In this document: positions 51,683 to 64,000 of the stretch, piece after piece | Layout of the letters: every line of letters begins with the position of its first letter | How positions within the stretch are numbered: the first letter of the stretch is position 1 | Origin: Epiperipatus broadwayi | Taxonomy: Eukaryota > Animalia > Onychophora | Assembly: GCA_028023455.1 (NCBI GenBank) | Contig: JAQFVV010000010.1 | Span: 12,586,001 to 12,650,000 of the forward strand | DNA: 64,000 nucleotides | Reading direction: 5' to 3' | The notes under the pieces: generated by a model | What the model was told of the DNA's origin: nothing | The model's database searches: none | Seen by the model: the letters and a program-made list of their open reading frames with translations, nothing else | Program-made: the position numbers and the translations under genes

Positions 51683-54338
51683 GTAAATAAAAGAAACTAT
51701 AGCTTTAGCTAGAAAGATGTCTTATAATATATATAAATAGTTAGAATTAAATTTATAATGGGAATACAATTTATTATATCATTTATGTCTTTGGCCATAT
51801 TTAAGCACTTTTTTAATCTTTTCATAGTTAAAATAATGCAAGCTATTATAAAAGTAAAGTATTAAATTGTTAAAAACTATAGAAGTATGTGATTTTGTTT
51901 TAGCTGTAAATCTGGTTTATCATAAATTGGGAATATATATATTCACAATCTATATGTATATATGTGTATTTGTATTTTTGCATATATTAAATCAATTAAT
52001 GACATATATAATTTTGAAACAATTTTTTCCTCCATTGAACAGATGTATCAACAGAATACTTTGTTGGATAAAATTTTTTAATTATTTCCCATGAAATAAC
52101 ATATACATAACTGTTACATTCTTATTTTTTTGGTAATAAAATAATTATTAATACTTAAAATAATAATCAGGCTATATATTTATTTTTGAAAAATATTAAT
52201 GTAATATATATAATTGCTTTTCATTGCATTTTTTTTTTAAAAAAGCGAGTATTTTATTATATATAATAAATTTAAACATAACAATAGGTAAAAATAATAT
52301 CCTTCCAAGTTTCTGAACTGTTTATGCGCTTCTATATATATTGACATTGCATATAAAGTTTACTATGAAATTATTGTAAACATAGTACAGACAATGCATT
52401 AATAAATTTCTCTATTAATTTGCATGCTAGAAAATTTACATATGTCATGTATTGTTTAACATTTAGATTGCTTTTAAGTCATAACCTGGGGGAGAGTGAT
52501 TTACTTCCTTTGTTTACATATACATTGAGTTATGTTTAATTTAAAGTATGTCACATATATTTGAATGCCATTAATATTAATATATGCTAATGAGGATAGA
52601 TTTATACAAAATAGGACTAGTATTAAAAAATCCTGCAGTGATATACAAAGTTGGGAAGTCATGATTTGAAGTGGTGTGTGTGGATCGTCATAGTCATTGA
52701 ATTTGGCTGTTCATAAGCTATAGTTGCAATGGCAGCTAATAAACTATAGAATTATCATATGTAGCAGTTATATATTGTACCGTTTATTTATGTATCTTTT
52801 AAATTAATGCATTTTAAATTTTTTTTGTGTGTTTGTGTAATTTTTTTTTTTTAAAACGTACAATGAAAGTTAAATTTTTGTTCATATTTTTTTTTTATGT
52901 AATTAAAAATAAAAGTTAAAATTGGAAAGAATAAAACATGCAGATTACCAGATAAACTAAAAGAAAGAATTCCACACGCAGATTTTACTTAGTAAAATCT
53001 TTCTAACTCCAATCAAAGATGGCATAATTAGGTTTAAAAAAAAAAGACTTTGCAACTTAAATTTAAGAAATAATGTACAAGATTATTATCTTGTATGTTG
53101 ATAAAAGGACAAAAGAAAATATGTGCAGAAGTCTGAAAACCGGACCTCTAGTATAAAAGAAAGAATACCAGTGTGATCAAGGTCTTGTCTGTTTTTCTTT
53201 TGGCTGGTCCTAGATCACGAAATCCAGGACCACTCTACGCTGAAATAATTGTTCATGCTGGAGTGGACTAAAGTGTTTGACATCGTTCATCATGAAGACC
53301 GTTGACCCCAGAATAGCTTTCATGACTAGCCCTTAGGACAGATCAAGAACAAATTAAAACCAATGGCCATGAGCTCATTCTCTCACATAGAAAAAAAAAC
53401 CATGCATGGTAATCAACTGTCTACGGAAATTTGCTAAACTTACTGGTAAGCTAAGATTATTCATATCCTGATTGTGACCAAATTAAGCTTATAATATAAT
53501 CCTGATATAGACTTTAATTTTCTTATTCAAGAGACTTTCATTTTAAGGAACTTTCTAGAAGAAATTTTGAAGTGAACTGTAATTGTGAAACTGTTTTTAA
53601 TTAATTGATTCAGGTCTGGATTAGCGTGCATGTATTCTTTCCAACTTATTGGTAATTTGGGTTGTGTTTTAATATTTTAATTTGTTAGAATAAAAATATT
53701 TATTTCTAATATCAACTATTCATTGTGCATTATTAATGATAATCATTAAATTTATTAATGTTAGTTATTAGGATTTGAGTATAATTTATCTTTGCCAATA
53801 GTTATTAACTAAACCCCAGGTGTAATATTCTCTGAAAAAAATAACTAAGTTACGGGAAATTATAACCCGATCTTTTTAGTTACTTGTGTCAAAATTATGG
53901 GATACGAGGAAGTTAGGAGTCTATTGACTATGGCGCCCTCTTATAAATTAAAACTAACTTTGTCAGTAATTTCTGTCGTAATAATTAGTAGACCAGTTAA
54001 TCAGGAAATATGGCTATGTTTTTGGGAATAGGAACAAGATATTTTCTTATCGATAGCTTGATTAACTTTCACTTCATAGTGTGTAAAAAAAAGGCCTACC
54101 AGAATCTAGCAAAACGTGAAGAATGTTACAATATATTGTACATGAACAAGAAACTCAGATAACGGGCTGCAGAGGATACTAAGTAATTTTTAAGAATAAC
54201 TAATTTTCATTTTATTTATATATATATTTCTTTAATATGTGAATAAACTTGTTTGTTAAGTTTAATTTGTATGTATTATTTATTTAATAAAACTTATTGA
54301 TGCTACCTGGCTGTTATTGTTAAGAATATTCCTGGGAC

Positions 54339-54469
54339 ATAGAATGGTGCAGATCGACAGTAGAAAAATTGTGCAAGCAAATAGAATGGTGCAGATCAAC
54401 AATGAAAAAACCTGTGCAAGGAAATAGAATGATGCAGTTAGCTGCTGGAAAAACCTGTGCAAGCAAATA
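54339..54469 (+). repeat. 42-43 bp tandem repeat x3
   Basis: atagaatggtgcag...aaaa(c)ctgtgcaagcaa units. Confidence 0.85.
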
Positions 54470-54569
54470 ATTATAATGCGGATTTACACTTGAGTCCTTT
54501 GCGGGAATAGCCTGATTATGGAGTAAATGATGCATTTGACATTAGTAAAATTTCACGCAACCAAGCAAG

Positions 54570-56755
54570 ATGGCACTACTAACTAATAATAATATATTAA
54601 TAATGCTGCAGGTTGGAAATTTTATGTTGAACATGTGATGATGATAAACTTAAAGTTCTCAGGACCAGAGATTCTGCAAGTGGCTAACCAACTCTGTGAT
54701 CCCAAATGCCCTGAAGAAATATCTTGTCAGGAATTAAAGATGTTGCCTTCTTATTTTAAATCAGTGACTTCTAGGCGGCATGCCTTAGATTCAGAAATAG
54801 ATGATGGTTATCTCAGGAAAAATATCAAGATTATGATATACCTTTAAGGACGTTATCTAAAGAATGTAATGTAATGCTTAGCTGGATGATACGCTGTTGG
54901 ATCAATGACTATGGGAAATGGTAAATAATAAGTTCAGGAAAGTTCTATTAAGTGGGTCTAACTTAAATTATAAGCATGCAATTGAAAAATATATTGCACA
55001 GGATTTTGTATCGGAAAATGTTACAGAATTTCAAGCAACCACACACTTGGATAAGATCCTATAACTATAAACAAAACAGATACCAACAGACCAAATTGCA
55101 GGAGTACTAAGGATGTTTTAGTGTTGAAAAAGATCACATGAAGAAAAATTATAAATATAAAAGAGAAAAATGTTGTTTCTAAATTAATTGGACATTTGTC
55201 ATGTGTGTGTCAGAATAAAGAGAAAAATATTAAAACGAAGCTAAGTTCATAGTGCAAATCAGAGGAGGGGCATCAAAATTAAAAATAATGTTAAGAAAAT
55301 AAATAATATAGATAATGACCATATCTTGCTCGATGTTAATAATATCGGTGACCAGAAAATTAATAATGGAAGTAGATAGTGTAGCACGACTGGTCGAAAA
55401 TTAATGGAAAGTATAAAAGGAAATTGATGCTTGGGAAAACTAATATAGTATCTACAGATGTAAACAGTAATAAAATAGGAATATGTGGCAAAGTTAATCT
55501 ACTGGTTAAAATTAATTCCAAAGTTAAATTTCTACCACTTTATGTAGTTAAAAGAGATTATAGTCCTTTATTAGATAGAAATTGGTTTAAACCGTTGGGG
55601 TATTTGTATTAACATCATTAAAAGAGTGCAGTTGGAATCGAAAGTTCATAATGAATACCAGAATTTTTAAGTCAGGACCTGTTGAGTTATTAACAAGGGT
55701 AGTTGATATTAAACTTATGAAATATAACCAATTTTGTGTAAACCTTGTAAAGTTTCATTTGCTTTAAAGGTCAAGATGGAAGAATCTGTTAAGAATTTGG
55801 TGAATAAAGGAATTTTATCATTTGTAGAAGGATCATCTGGGCTATGCCAGTCATCATTATATAGAAGCTAGATGTGACCCATTCATGTATGCGGAGATTA
55901 CCACATAACACTAAATAGATATATTAATAAGTGAGCTTACCCTATTTCCAAGTGATGTGAGATACTAACAATGCTTCAGAAAGTCTCTCATTTTGCAAAA
56001 ATTGATAGTCTGCTTTTCACCAAATTATGTTGCTGATCATGGGTATTTCAAGTAAAACAAACATCCTTAAGGAGTGACCGTTGCACCAAATATATTTCAG
56101 GCCAAGTTACTTATTTCAAAGAATGGATGAACTTATTTCTTACTTGGATAATATATTAATTACCACTGAAACAGAGTGTGAGTTAGCAATACATATATTT
56201 GAAGTTTGTTCTTACTAACAAAAATTGGTGCAAGCTTGAAACATCAAAATGCGTTTGGGATAACCTCTGAAGTAAAGTTCCTGGGTCATGTTATTAGTCA
56301 CAGTGGCAAAATATCCAAACCCAGAAGAAGTCAAAATGATAAAAAATGCTGTTAGATCAAAGAATGTAAAAAATTTAGAATTGTTTTTAGGCCTGCTTAT
56401 TTTTTCGGAAATTTTCTGAAGGACAAGTCGCATGTAGTTACACCTTTATAACAATTGCTTAAAAAGGGGTAGTGATGAAGATGGAATGAAGAGCATGATA
56501 AAATCTTCCAGAAAGTGAATGACTTGTTAACTTCTACTCAATTTCTTGTACATTATTACAATGATCAGGAAATTATAACAAACACTTCAGAATATGGAGT
56601 TGAAACTATCATTTCACTCTTGCTATAGAGGAGAACATCTGATAACATCCACATCAAGAACACTAACAACTGCTGAAAAAAGTTACAGTCTGCTTGACGA
56701 GGAAGATTTGGCCATCATCTTTGCTATCAAAAAATTTCATCAGTATGTATATGCT
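54570..56755 (+). mobile_element. Decayed Ty3/Gypsy gag-pol
   Basis: gag GPEILQVANQLCDPK; protease MEVDS; RT V.FALKVK...NLVNKGIL, VCGDY.ITLN, YLDNILI; RNase H AEKSYS.LD.EDLAIIFAIKKFHQYVY. Confidence 0.88.
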
Positions 56756-57429
56756 TTCAATATAAGTTGAAGAAATATTATTAATAACTATGATTAACAT
56801 ATGGTGCTCCAAGGTGAAAACTAGCTGCTGGTGTATTATAAAATTTATTTCAATTTTTTTTTTCTTTTTTTAAACATGATTGTGTATAGGCACTCTGAGA
56901 TGGAAACATGGCTGCTCAAGTATTGTATAATCTATCAAATATATGAATTTTAATGTTTTTAGTTTGTTTATTTATATTTTTGTTTATTTGTTTACATTTT
57001 TTTTTTTAGATAGCATACAATTGAAGTTGTGTATATTGATAGAGCATAATTCACAACCTCACTGTATTTTTATCTTGTCTTTTATTTAAATGATTGGATC
57101 TTTTGTATATATATATATCTTTTTTTTTTAACTTTATAATATTAAAAACATATTATTTTTAGAATCCAATACTATTACATTGAAAAAAATAACATATATT
57201 ATAGACACATTGATCTTATATCTATTTTTATATACTGTGAAATGCAAAAGAACATTTGATATTATTTATTTCATTGAAATATTGCATGGCAACATATATA
57301 TATATATAAGAAAATCGTATTAAATAGTCCATTTTAAAGTATATGTAAGAAAACCGCATTAAATAGTCCATTTTAAAGTATATATATATAAGAAAACCAC
57401 ATTAAATAGCCCATTTTAAAGTAAGGGAC

Positions 57430-58400
57430 TTTCTAACACCAACAAGTCTTAGAAGAACATATTCTCCGATCTTAGCAATTTCCTGGTAATAAAGATTTTT
57501 ATTTACTTTTTTGTTTTATTCTCATTAAGAATAGATTAAGTAGCTGACTTTGTTATGGCCAGCTCACTGAAAGCAATTTCTAAATCAGATAAAATGTCAA
57601 AATTTTACCTGTCTTGAATTTGAAAGAGATTTATGATGTGCTCTAAATACTATGTTAGAAGAATTTAAATTTGCAAATTGTTAACCATCCAAATTCAAAG
57701 ATGGTGAAGATTTTTCTTCCAATATTGGCTGGTAAAAGGTTAAGTTTTTGAACATTAATTATTATGTCAAAGACTTTTTATGTTGTTACTCATAATATTA
57801 ATTACAGCATACTTTTTCACCATCTCTATTTGAATTAGTAAAGATAACTCAGTAATCAATATAATAAATTCTGAAGCCAAAAATTGCTTAATTCAAATTA
57901 AACATTCCATAATCAAAACTGGATCATATTTTGATCTCTGATTTATTAAATCACCTACAAAAAGACCACTATCATAAAAATTGACAACAACATTGAGCTA
58001 CTACACATCTTTATTTAATATCTGTTTTTATTTCAAATGTACCAGATTTTTTATTTTGTAGAAACTGTATAATGTGAATAAACTTTGGTATATAATTGAC
58101 TAATTTCACACAATATTATTGATCTATTTGATTAATTGAATCAAATGCCTCAACCAAATCAAAGCAGTATATAAATCACTCTTGTTCATAATACTTTTCT
58201 TTATTTGACTAACAACAAAAACCATGTCTATAATGCTGTTTGATTCTCTAAAATCATATTTAGTCTCTGATAACCATTCATGTGTGACTAAAATCAACCT
58301 ATTCTGCAAGATTCTTAAATGTACCTTTGCTGCACTGGATAACAGTGGCATAACTTTGACTAATAGAAGCTTTCTTATTAGATAATCATTTGCTAAAACT
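57430..58400 (-). mobile_element. Decayed RTE-clade reverse transcriptase
   Basis: LLSSAAKVHLRILQNRL...LSETKYDFR...SIIDMVF..SQI...LYTA.I (RT domains 1-3). Confidence 0.75.
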
Positions 58401-58820
58401 TGCTACTCTTTTTAATTTAGTTTAATTTATATGAATATAATAAAATTTTAGTTCAATATCTAGAGAATCTTCATAAAAATGTTTACCAAAAGACTTACAA
58501 AATCTAGCTTTTCAATAATTCTTAGCCTAAATTGTTATAGCATTTAGTATAATAAGAAGTGCCTAAAAAATACATTTATTTCGAATACTAAAGCAATTTG
58601 AAAAAAATTTAAAAATTAACTAGCGGAATTGTTGATGAAAATAAATTTTGTTAGTTAGTATGAGAGATTAAAATTACTGTATTAGAAAATAATTTAAATT
58701 TCTTTTCAATAAATTGTGTTTTAATAATTTTGTAAAAAATGTACTATTATTAATTGTTTATACTATTATTATTATTATGCCATTTTCTATAATAATATTG
58801 TATTTGTTTTTACCATGTAG

Positions 58821-58992
58821 TATCTGTGAACTCTACAATTGGAGATATAAAGTTCTAGGAAATCTTCCTCATGTCAGTTTATGGCCAGAATTCCAGATTG
58901 CTAATGGCGGATTTGCTTTTGATTATCAGCTTATAAATGTTGAAGATTTTAATGGAGTTGGAGAATCTGAACCAAACCCATATTTTTATCAG
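58821..58992 (+). CDS. AQR: AQR exon M (ICELYNWRY...[11 protein letters not shown])
   Basis: tgtag / gttgat. Confidence 0.96.
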
Positions 58993-61084
58993 GTTGATTT
59001 ATGTCTGTTTTATTTTCACTGTTTTGTCATAGCTAATTATATATTCATATATAAAGAGAGATGGCTTATTATGTTAAGTTCTAAAAAATATTTTTTATTT
59101 TGTTGTTTAATAATATTATACAAATTATTATTCTGTGAATATGCATCACATGTAATCTATAGTGTGTGTGTAATATATTAGTTCATTTTTTTGTGCTGCT
59201 TGAAGTAACTAGTCAATAAAGTACTTGGACCAAACAGTGATACTTGATCATATTTTTCTATTGCTTTGCCACTTTTTATTGTAAGGCGTATGTATGCATA
59301 TGTACAGTAGATCTTCATGCAGTTGCTTGAAATGATGAATTTTTATAATATAAATTTTTGACCTTTGATATACAATTTAATTTTAAAATTATTCATATTA
59401 AGAAATCAATAAAAATAATTAAAAAATAAAATAATTATTAAAAAAACAGTACTGTAATAAATTGGGAGTTGAGATCTATGTTAGTGAGTAGTTGAGTGTT
59501 TGTTTAGTCTTTTACTTTACAACTTCTTTTATTCTTGGAAAAATTGCCATCATCATTAATTTTGTACTTTCAAGCTTTTTTAAAAGTAATTTTTATTCAA
59601 TACTTCACAGCAACAATTCTGCATATAAAATAATGCTTTCATGATGATAGCAAAAACTAAGTATATGCTATAAGGAATAGATGATTCATAAGATTGTATA
59701 TAGGCAAATGCTTGAAAAAATTATGAATTTCTCATTTTTTATATATTTTTTTACAAAGTGTATAAGTGCAGCCTACTGTGTATATCAAATGTACTTGTAG
59801 TAGTATTTAAAATTTTTAAGCTTTAATTAAACTAACAAAAGCCTTTTCACAAATCATTGAGGAGTAAAAGAGAAATAGGAATAACTCTTCAATCAAAGTG
59901 GATTGCATTCTGGTGAAGATTTTTATTGCATTTAATTTTTACTTTATTCTCAAATGAAGAATAACTATATAACCAGCATGATATGTATCTTGGGGGTTAT
60001 TTGTTTTTTATTGTATTTTTATTTATATGAAATTATTTTTGAAATAAAAAAGAATGGAGAAATATGGAAGTTGTCTAATTTATATACCCAGTTACTAGTC
60101 ATTATTAAATAATTATCTATATTAGATCTGAGTTATCTGTAGTTTATATTTTCAAAAAGCTGTCTGACCAAAAATATGTCATATTATTTTTTTAAATGAT
60201 TGTTTAAAAAAACAGACAATTAAAATTAGTAATTAAAAAAAGCTGAAACTAATAAATGAATATGGCTAAAACTTCTACAGTAATAGATTCTTTTTAAAAA
60301 AATAATATAAAAGCATAAGAATTTAATTAGTAATTATTATCTGAATAAAATAGCTGATAAATGTTTTTTGTTTAAATAAAATCTATACAATAACTTAAAA
60401 ATTTTACTCAATATCTATAAGAAATTTATATACTTAAAGACTAACAGCTAATAAAAAACTTTAAGAATATAATTAGTAGTTAGATATTTGAATTTACAGT
60501 AAAACAAAAAGATTACAGTATGAACAAAACAAAAGTATGATTGTAATGGTCATCATCATCATCAATCACTTATAAATTAACATAGGCCATTCAAATTCTA
60601 GAAGACCAAAAATAAATATCAATTTACAATGAATATACAAATCGATCGTGAATCATAAATATATCCACATAACTCATATGTTGTATCTTTGCTTTATTTT
60701 ATATCTTATTATAATGTTTTTTAACTTCTGCAGTATTTTTTTTATGCTTTTAATTGCAGCTGCCTTATGTATTCTACTCTCAGACATGTCTTTTCAATAA
60801 AAGCAATAACATTCCACCTTTTTACAGTATCTTTGAGATAATCTTTATAATAGAATTTACCTCTACCACATAAACTTATGCTTAAATTCATTATAAAATA
60901 GTCTTTTAAAAGATCTGTTTCATTTATTCACTTTACATACTCAATTCACTGAAGATCTGCCTTTTCAATACTAGATTCATTAACATCATGTTTTAGAGTG
61001 TTATGGATCATCCTTAATTCAAATTTCTCACTGCCTTTATATTATCTTTATTTAAACTATGTCTTGCTACCGTACAATAAATTT

Positions 61085-61495
61085 ACAGATATTACATTTA
61101 TATATAGAGCTCACAAATAAGCTCTTAACAAGCTTTGCAGAATATCTCCAACCTAGACTGGTTTCTGCTACTGGCATCCTCAGTGAGGTGCTAGGATATT
61201 CAAGCATTAGATTAAAAATACCAGGACAAGCCCAGCACTTTATCTAATGAATAACTATTAAGTAGAAAATCTGACATTTTCAGACATCCATGTCTTCCAA
61301 TCCAGCTACTAACTTAAATAGCCATATGGGATTGAACTAAGTTCAGATACACCATATATTAATAGCTTTAGCAATATAAAATTGTCAAAGCCTTAATAGC
61401 AGAAACTGGTCTGTGGTTGGGGATATTCTGCAAAGCTTGTTAAGAGTTTATTTGCGAGCTCTATATATAAATATAACATTTGTAATACAAGCTTG
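61085..61495. mobile_element. Family H4 copy with ~90 bp inverted arms
   Basis: gagctcacaaataagctcttaacaagctttgcagaatatc mirrored at about 61430-61470; body matches 12400-12660. Confidence 0.8.
61152..61188 (-). ncRNA. Type I hammerhead motif (H4), stem I weakened
   Basis: CCUCA / CUGAGGA / UGC-CAGUA-GCA / GAAAC-CA-GUC / UAGG. Confidence 0.7.
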
Positions 61496-62214
61496 TTAAA
61501 TCAGGTCATGTGACATCTGACTTGATTTTTTTTTTTTTGTAATAAATTTACAGATCTATAAATTACTAATTCTGTCTATTATCTTATTAAATGCAGCAAC
61601 ACCTTGGAGTTTGTTTGTCATCTTGATATCTGCAATAGAAATCACAAAAGACCAAGTACAACTGGATCTAGATAAGTCACCCAAGAAAGTGCAAAAAAAA
61701 TTAACCTATGCATAGTTTGCTTTTATAAATCTTTTATTTTTATTGATGCAAGAATGAAAGGAGGCATTATTGCAATTTATTATTATCTTTATATTTTTGT
61801 GGATTTCTGAGACTTCAGTGTAAAGAGAATGTTTCTGTGTTGAATGAATTTCCATCATAAAGAAGGAAATTAATTATTGGTTGAGTAAACCTTTCATTGG
61901 TTGTATAAAATATTTAAACTACGTATTATCTTCTTGAAATAGAAATGCCATGATTAGAGAAAAATCTGTGGATTACCTTAGACAAAATTAAGGTAAACAT
62001 GAATGTTTCTAATTGTTTTATGCATATTATGTTTCTGAACTAATTTGATACTTCAAGTGAAATAGTGTCCGAGTATGATATAGTTAATTGAATATATCAG
62101 TCGGTTTACTTACTTTGCTCCTTTTCCCTTAAAGTAACACAGTTATGGGTAAGTTTATCAGAATTCTTACAATTATTAGTGAGATATTTAGCCATTCCTC
62201 CTTTTAATTATAAT

Positions 62215-62600
62215 AGTATAGTGGTGGCTATGGTTATTAAAGAACCAAAGACACCAAAATGTATGGGTGCTGAACTGAGTTCAGACCCATATGACTATAT
62301 AAGCTAATGGGCTTGGATTGAAAACATTAAGGTGTTTTCAGTTTAAGACTCATAGTTTTGTAGTTAAGTAGAGATAAAAGGTGGCTGCTGGAGGGTTGCA
62401 TTAGATTCTAAGATCTAGGTGCAGTGCTCTCAGATCCAAGGCTCCTTACTGACGAAGGCCACAAGGCAGAAACTATAGTCTGGGTATATTGGATGAGTAG
62501 GCACTAGATGGGGATTTTATGCACAAGCTTCTGGCATCCTTTGATTACTCTAGCTTGCTGTGTGTGGCAATATGTATAGTGAGTTTTGCCTGTTTTAACA
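62215..62600 (+). mobile_element. Family H1 near-full copy
   Basis: Collinear with 11340-11730. Confidence 0.85.
62442..62485 (+). ncRNA. Type I hammerhead motif (H1), intact core
   Basis: CUGACGA / aGGCC-ACAA-GGCA / GAAAC-UAUA-GUC; outer stem II pair and stem I partly mutated. Confidence 0.72.
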
Positions 62601-63187
62601 ATAGTAATTAATATGTTACCAATTTACTGAGAAACAAAGATTATTTTTTATTTCCAATATCTAATTCTTATGGTATTTTTTTTTATGCTGGATCAAAATA
62701 TATTTTAAAAATTTTTCCATCAAGTAAGGTTTTTGAATTGCATCCAATTTAATTTGACTTGCATTTTGAAAAATTTCAGTTTGATTTTTTAATGCTACAC
62801 TAAACCTGGATTTAATGCTTACTCATGTTGAAAATATCCTAATGAATATGTTTTCCTTTCACAGCAAGACTATTTGAGAATTGTTTTTGGTTTATGATTT
62901 TCAAAAAGTTTGTTGTGCAGAAACTTTGCCACACAATTTTCACAGATTCATTCATTTCTTAATAATTCTCTTATCTGTGTTTAGTTCAATAATTGACATT
63001 TCTAAGATAACTCAGTTAGTTTTGAATATTAAATGCTTTATTAACTAATGTTTTAATCTTTTTGTAATGTCAGTTTACAATCTCGTACCACTCCTATTTA
63101 TATTATTTAAATAACAGGTAATTGCAAATAGAATAATTTTTTAAAGAAAACAGTTTACTAAAAGACTTTTAATCAAATTTATTGTAG

Positions 63188-63358
63188 AATTTGGCAGAAG
63201 CAGAATATGTTGTGGCAGTATTTATGTACATGCGTCTGATAGGTTATCCATCGGATAAAATTTCTATACTTACAACTTACAATGGACAAAAATTTTTAAT
63301 TCGTGATGTTATTCAGCAAAGATGTTCTGATAATCCTCTTATTGGACGTCCTCATAAG
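63188..63358 (+). CDS. AQR: AQR exon N ([15 protein letters not shown]...LTTYNGQK...GRPHK)
   Basis: tgtag / gtaatt. Confidence 0.97.
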
Positions 63359-63661
63359 GTAATTTATTAATAGATATTAAAGGCAAATTGACCCAAAAGT
63401 CACACAAGAAGTTTTAAAATAGTATATCTTTTTGATTAGCAATTATTTTTATTTTAAGTGAAATTCTACTGTTTTAGTTTGTTAATTATGGAAGAATTAA
63501 CATTGGAACAATTTTCAAAAGTAAATTATAACCATTTGCAATAAAATTTAAAAATAAGTTATAAAGATTACTTTGTGACTTATGGATCATCCTAAATATC
63601 ATAATAGTAAAATTACTAAATATCATAATAGTAAAATTACATAGTTTATTTTATTTTAAAG

Positions 63662-63747
63662 GTAACAACTGTAGACAAATATCAAGGTCAGCAAAATGAT
63701 TATATTCTCTTATCTTTAGTAAGAACAAAAACTGTAGGTCATTTAAG
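63662..63747 (+). CDS. AQR: AQR exon O ([29 protein letters not shown])
   Basis: taaag / gtaagg; motif V. Confidence 0.97.
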
Positions 63748-63831
63748 GTAAGGTATGGACAAATTAAAAATTAATTTTTGTTTTATTTTGCTTTTATCTT
63801 TACTTTCCTTTTTAATATTTTATTTTTAAAG

Positions 63832-63943
63832 AGATGTTCGGCGGTTAGTAGTTGCTATGTCCCGTGCAAGGTTAGGTCTATATATTTTTGCAAGAGTTTC
63901 ACTGTTTCAGAACTGTTTTGAATTGACTCCAACATTCAATTTG
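63832..63943 (+). CDS. AQR: AQR exon P ([21 protein letters not shown]...TPTFNL)
   Basis: aaag / gtaaga; motif VI. Confidence 0.97.
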
Positions 63944-64000
63944 GTAAGATTATTCTCTCAATCACTTTGTGTTTATGTGTGTAAAGGTGACCATGTTAGA

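Larger units (their letters stand above)
14906..63943 (+). other. AQR: Aquarius RNA helicase gene, partial (helicase core; 16 exons visible, both gene ends outside the window)
   Basis: Exons join in frame with GT-AG sites and give AQR-specific peptides: [42 protein letters not shown] (Walker A), ILMEEAAQILEIETF (motif II), [40 protein letters not shown]. Confidence 0.98.

Noticed and set aside
53165-53330. Hammerhead-like GTGATC...GATCAC-GAAA stem and nearby GAAAGC..TC-TGGGG
   Set aside because: No CUGAnGA (or variant) core upstream on either strand.
54339-54469. Short repeats as a possible CRISPR array
   Set aside because: Contiguous tandem units with no unique spacers, in a eukaryotic intron next to a Gypsy element.
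58714-59181. 155 aa ORF in the track
   Set aside because: It is AQR exon M plus in-frame intronic flanks. The same applies to 16188-16439; 15006-15245 overlaps exon A out of frame.

Overview
Very AT-rich animal (probably invertebrate) nuclear DNA. The only intact host gene is Aquarius (AQR, the spliceosomal SF1 RNA helicase). Sixteen consecutive + strand exons (14906-63943) splice into one open frame with GT-AG sites. The gene enters from upstream of the window (intron >14.9 kb) and continues past its end. The introns contain: (1) at least four related or distinct short repeat families carrying type I hammerhead-ribozyme motifs, often as fold-back insertions with 13-14 bp target duplications (retrozyme or Penelope-like); (2) a ~3.3 kb heavily deleted mitochondrial-derived patchwork; (3) two diverged copies of an unclassified 2.2-2.8 kb antisense cassette with an E2F+TATA-like promoter and a repeated unknown protein domain; (4) a Gypsy element carrying an intronless GOLGA2/GM130-like fragment, nested with a Merlin transposase between 170 bp direct repeats; (5) further RTE, Tx1/L1, Gypsy, Tc1 and MITE remnants. 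All homology calls come from recognising motifs by eye, not from database searches. Boundaries of degraded elements are approximate.
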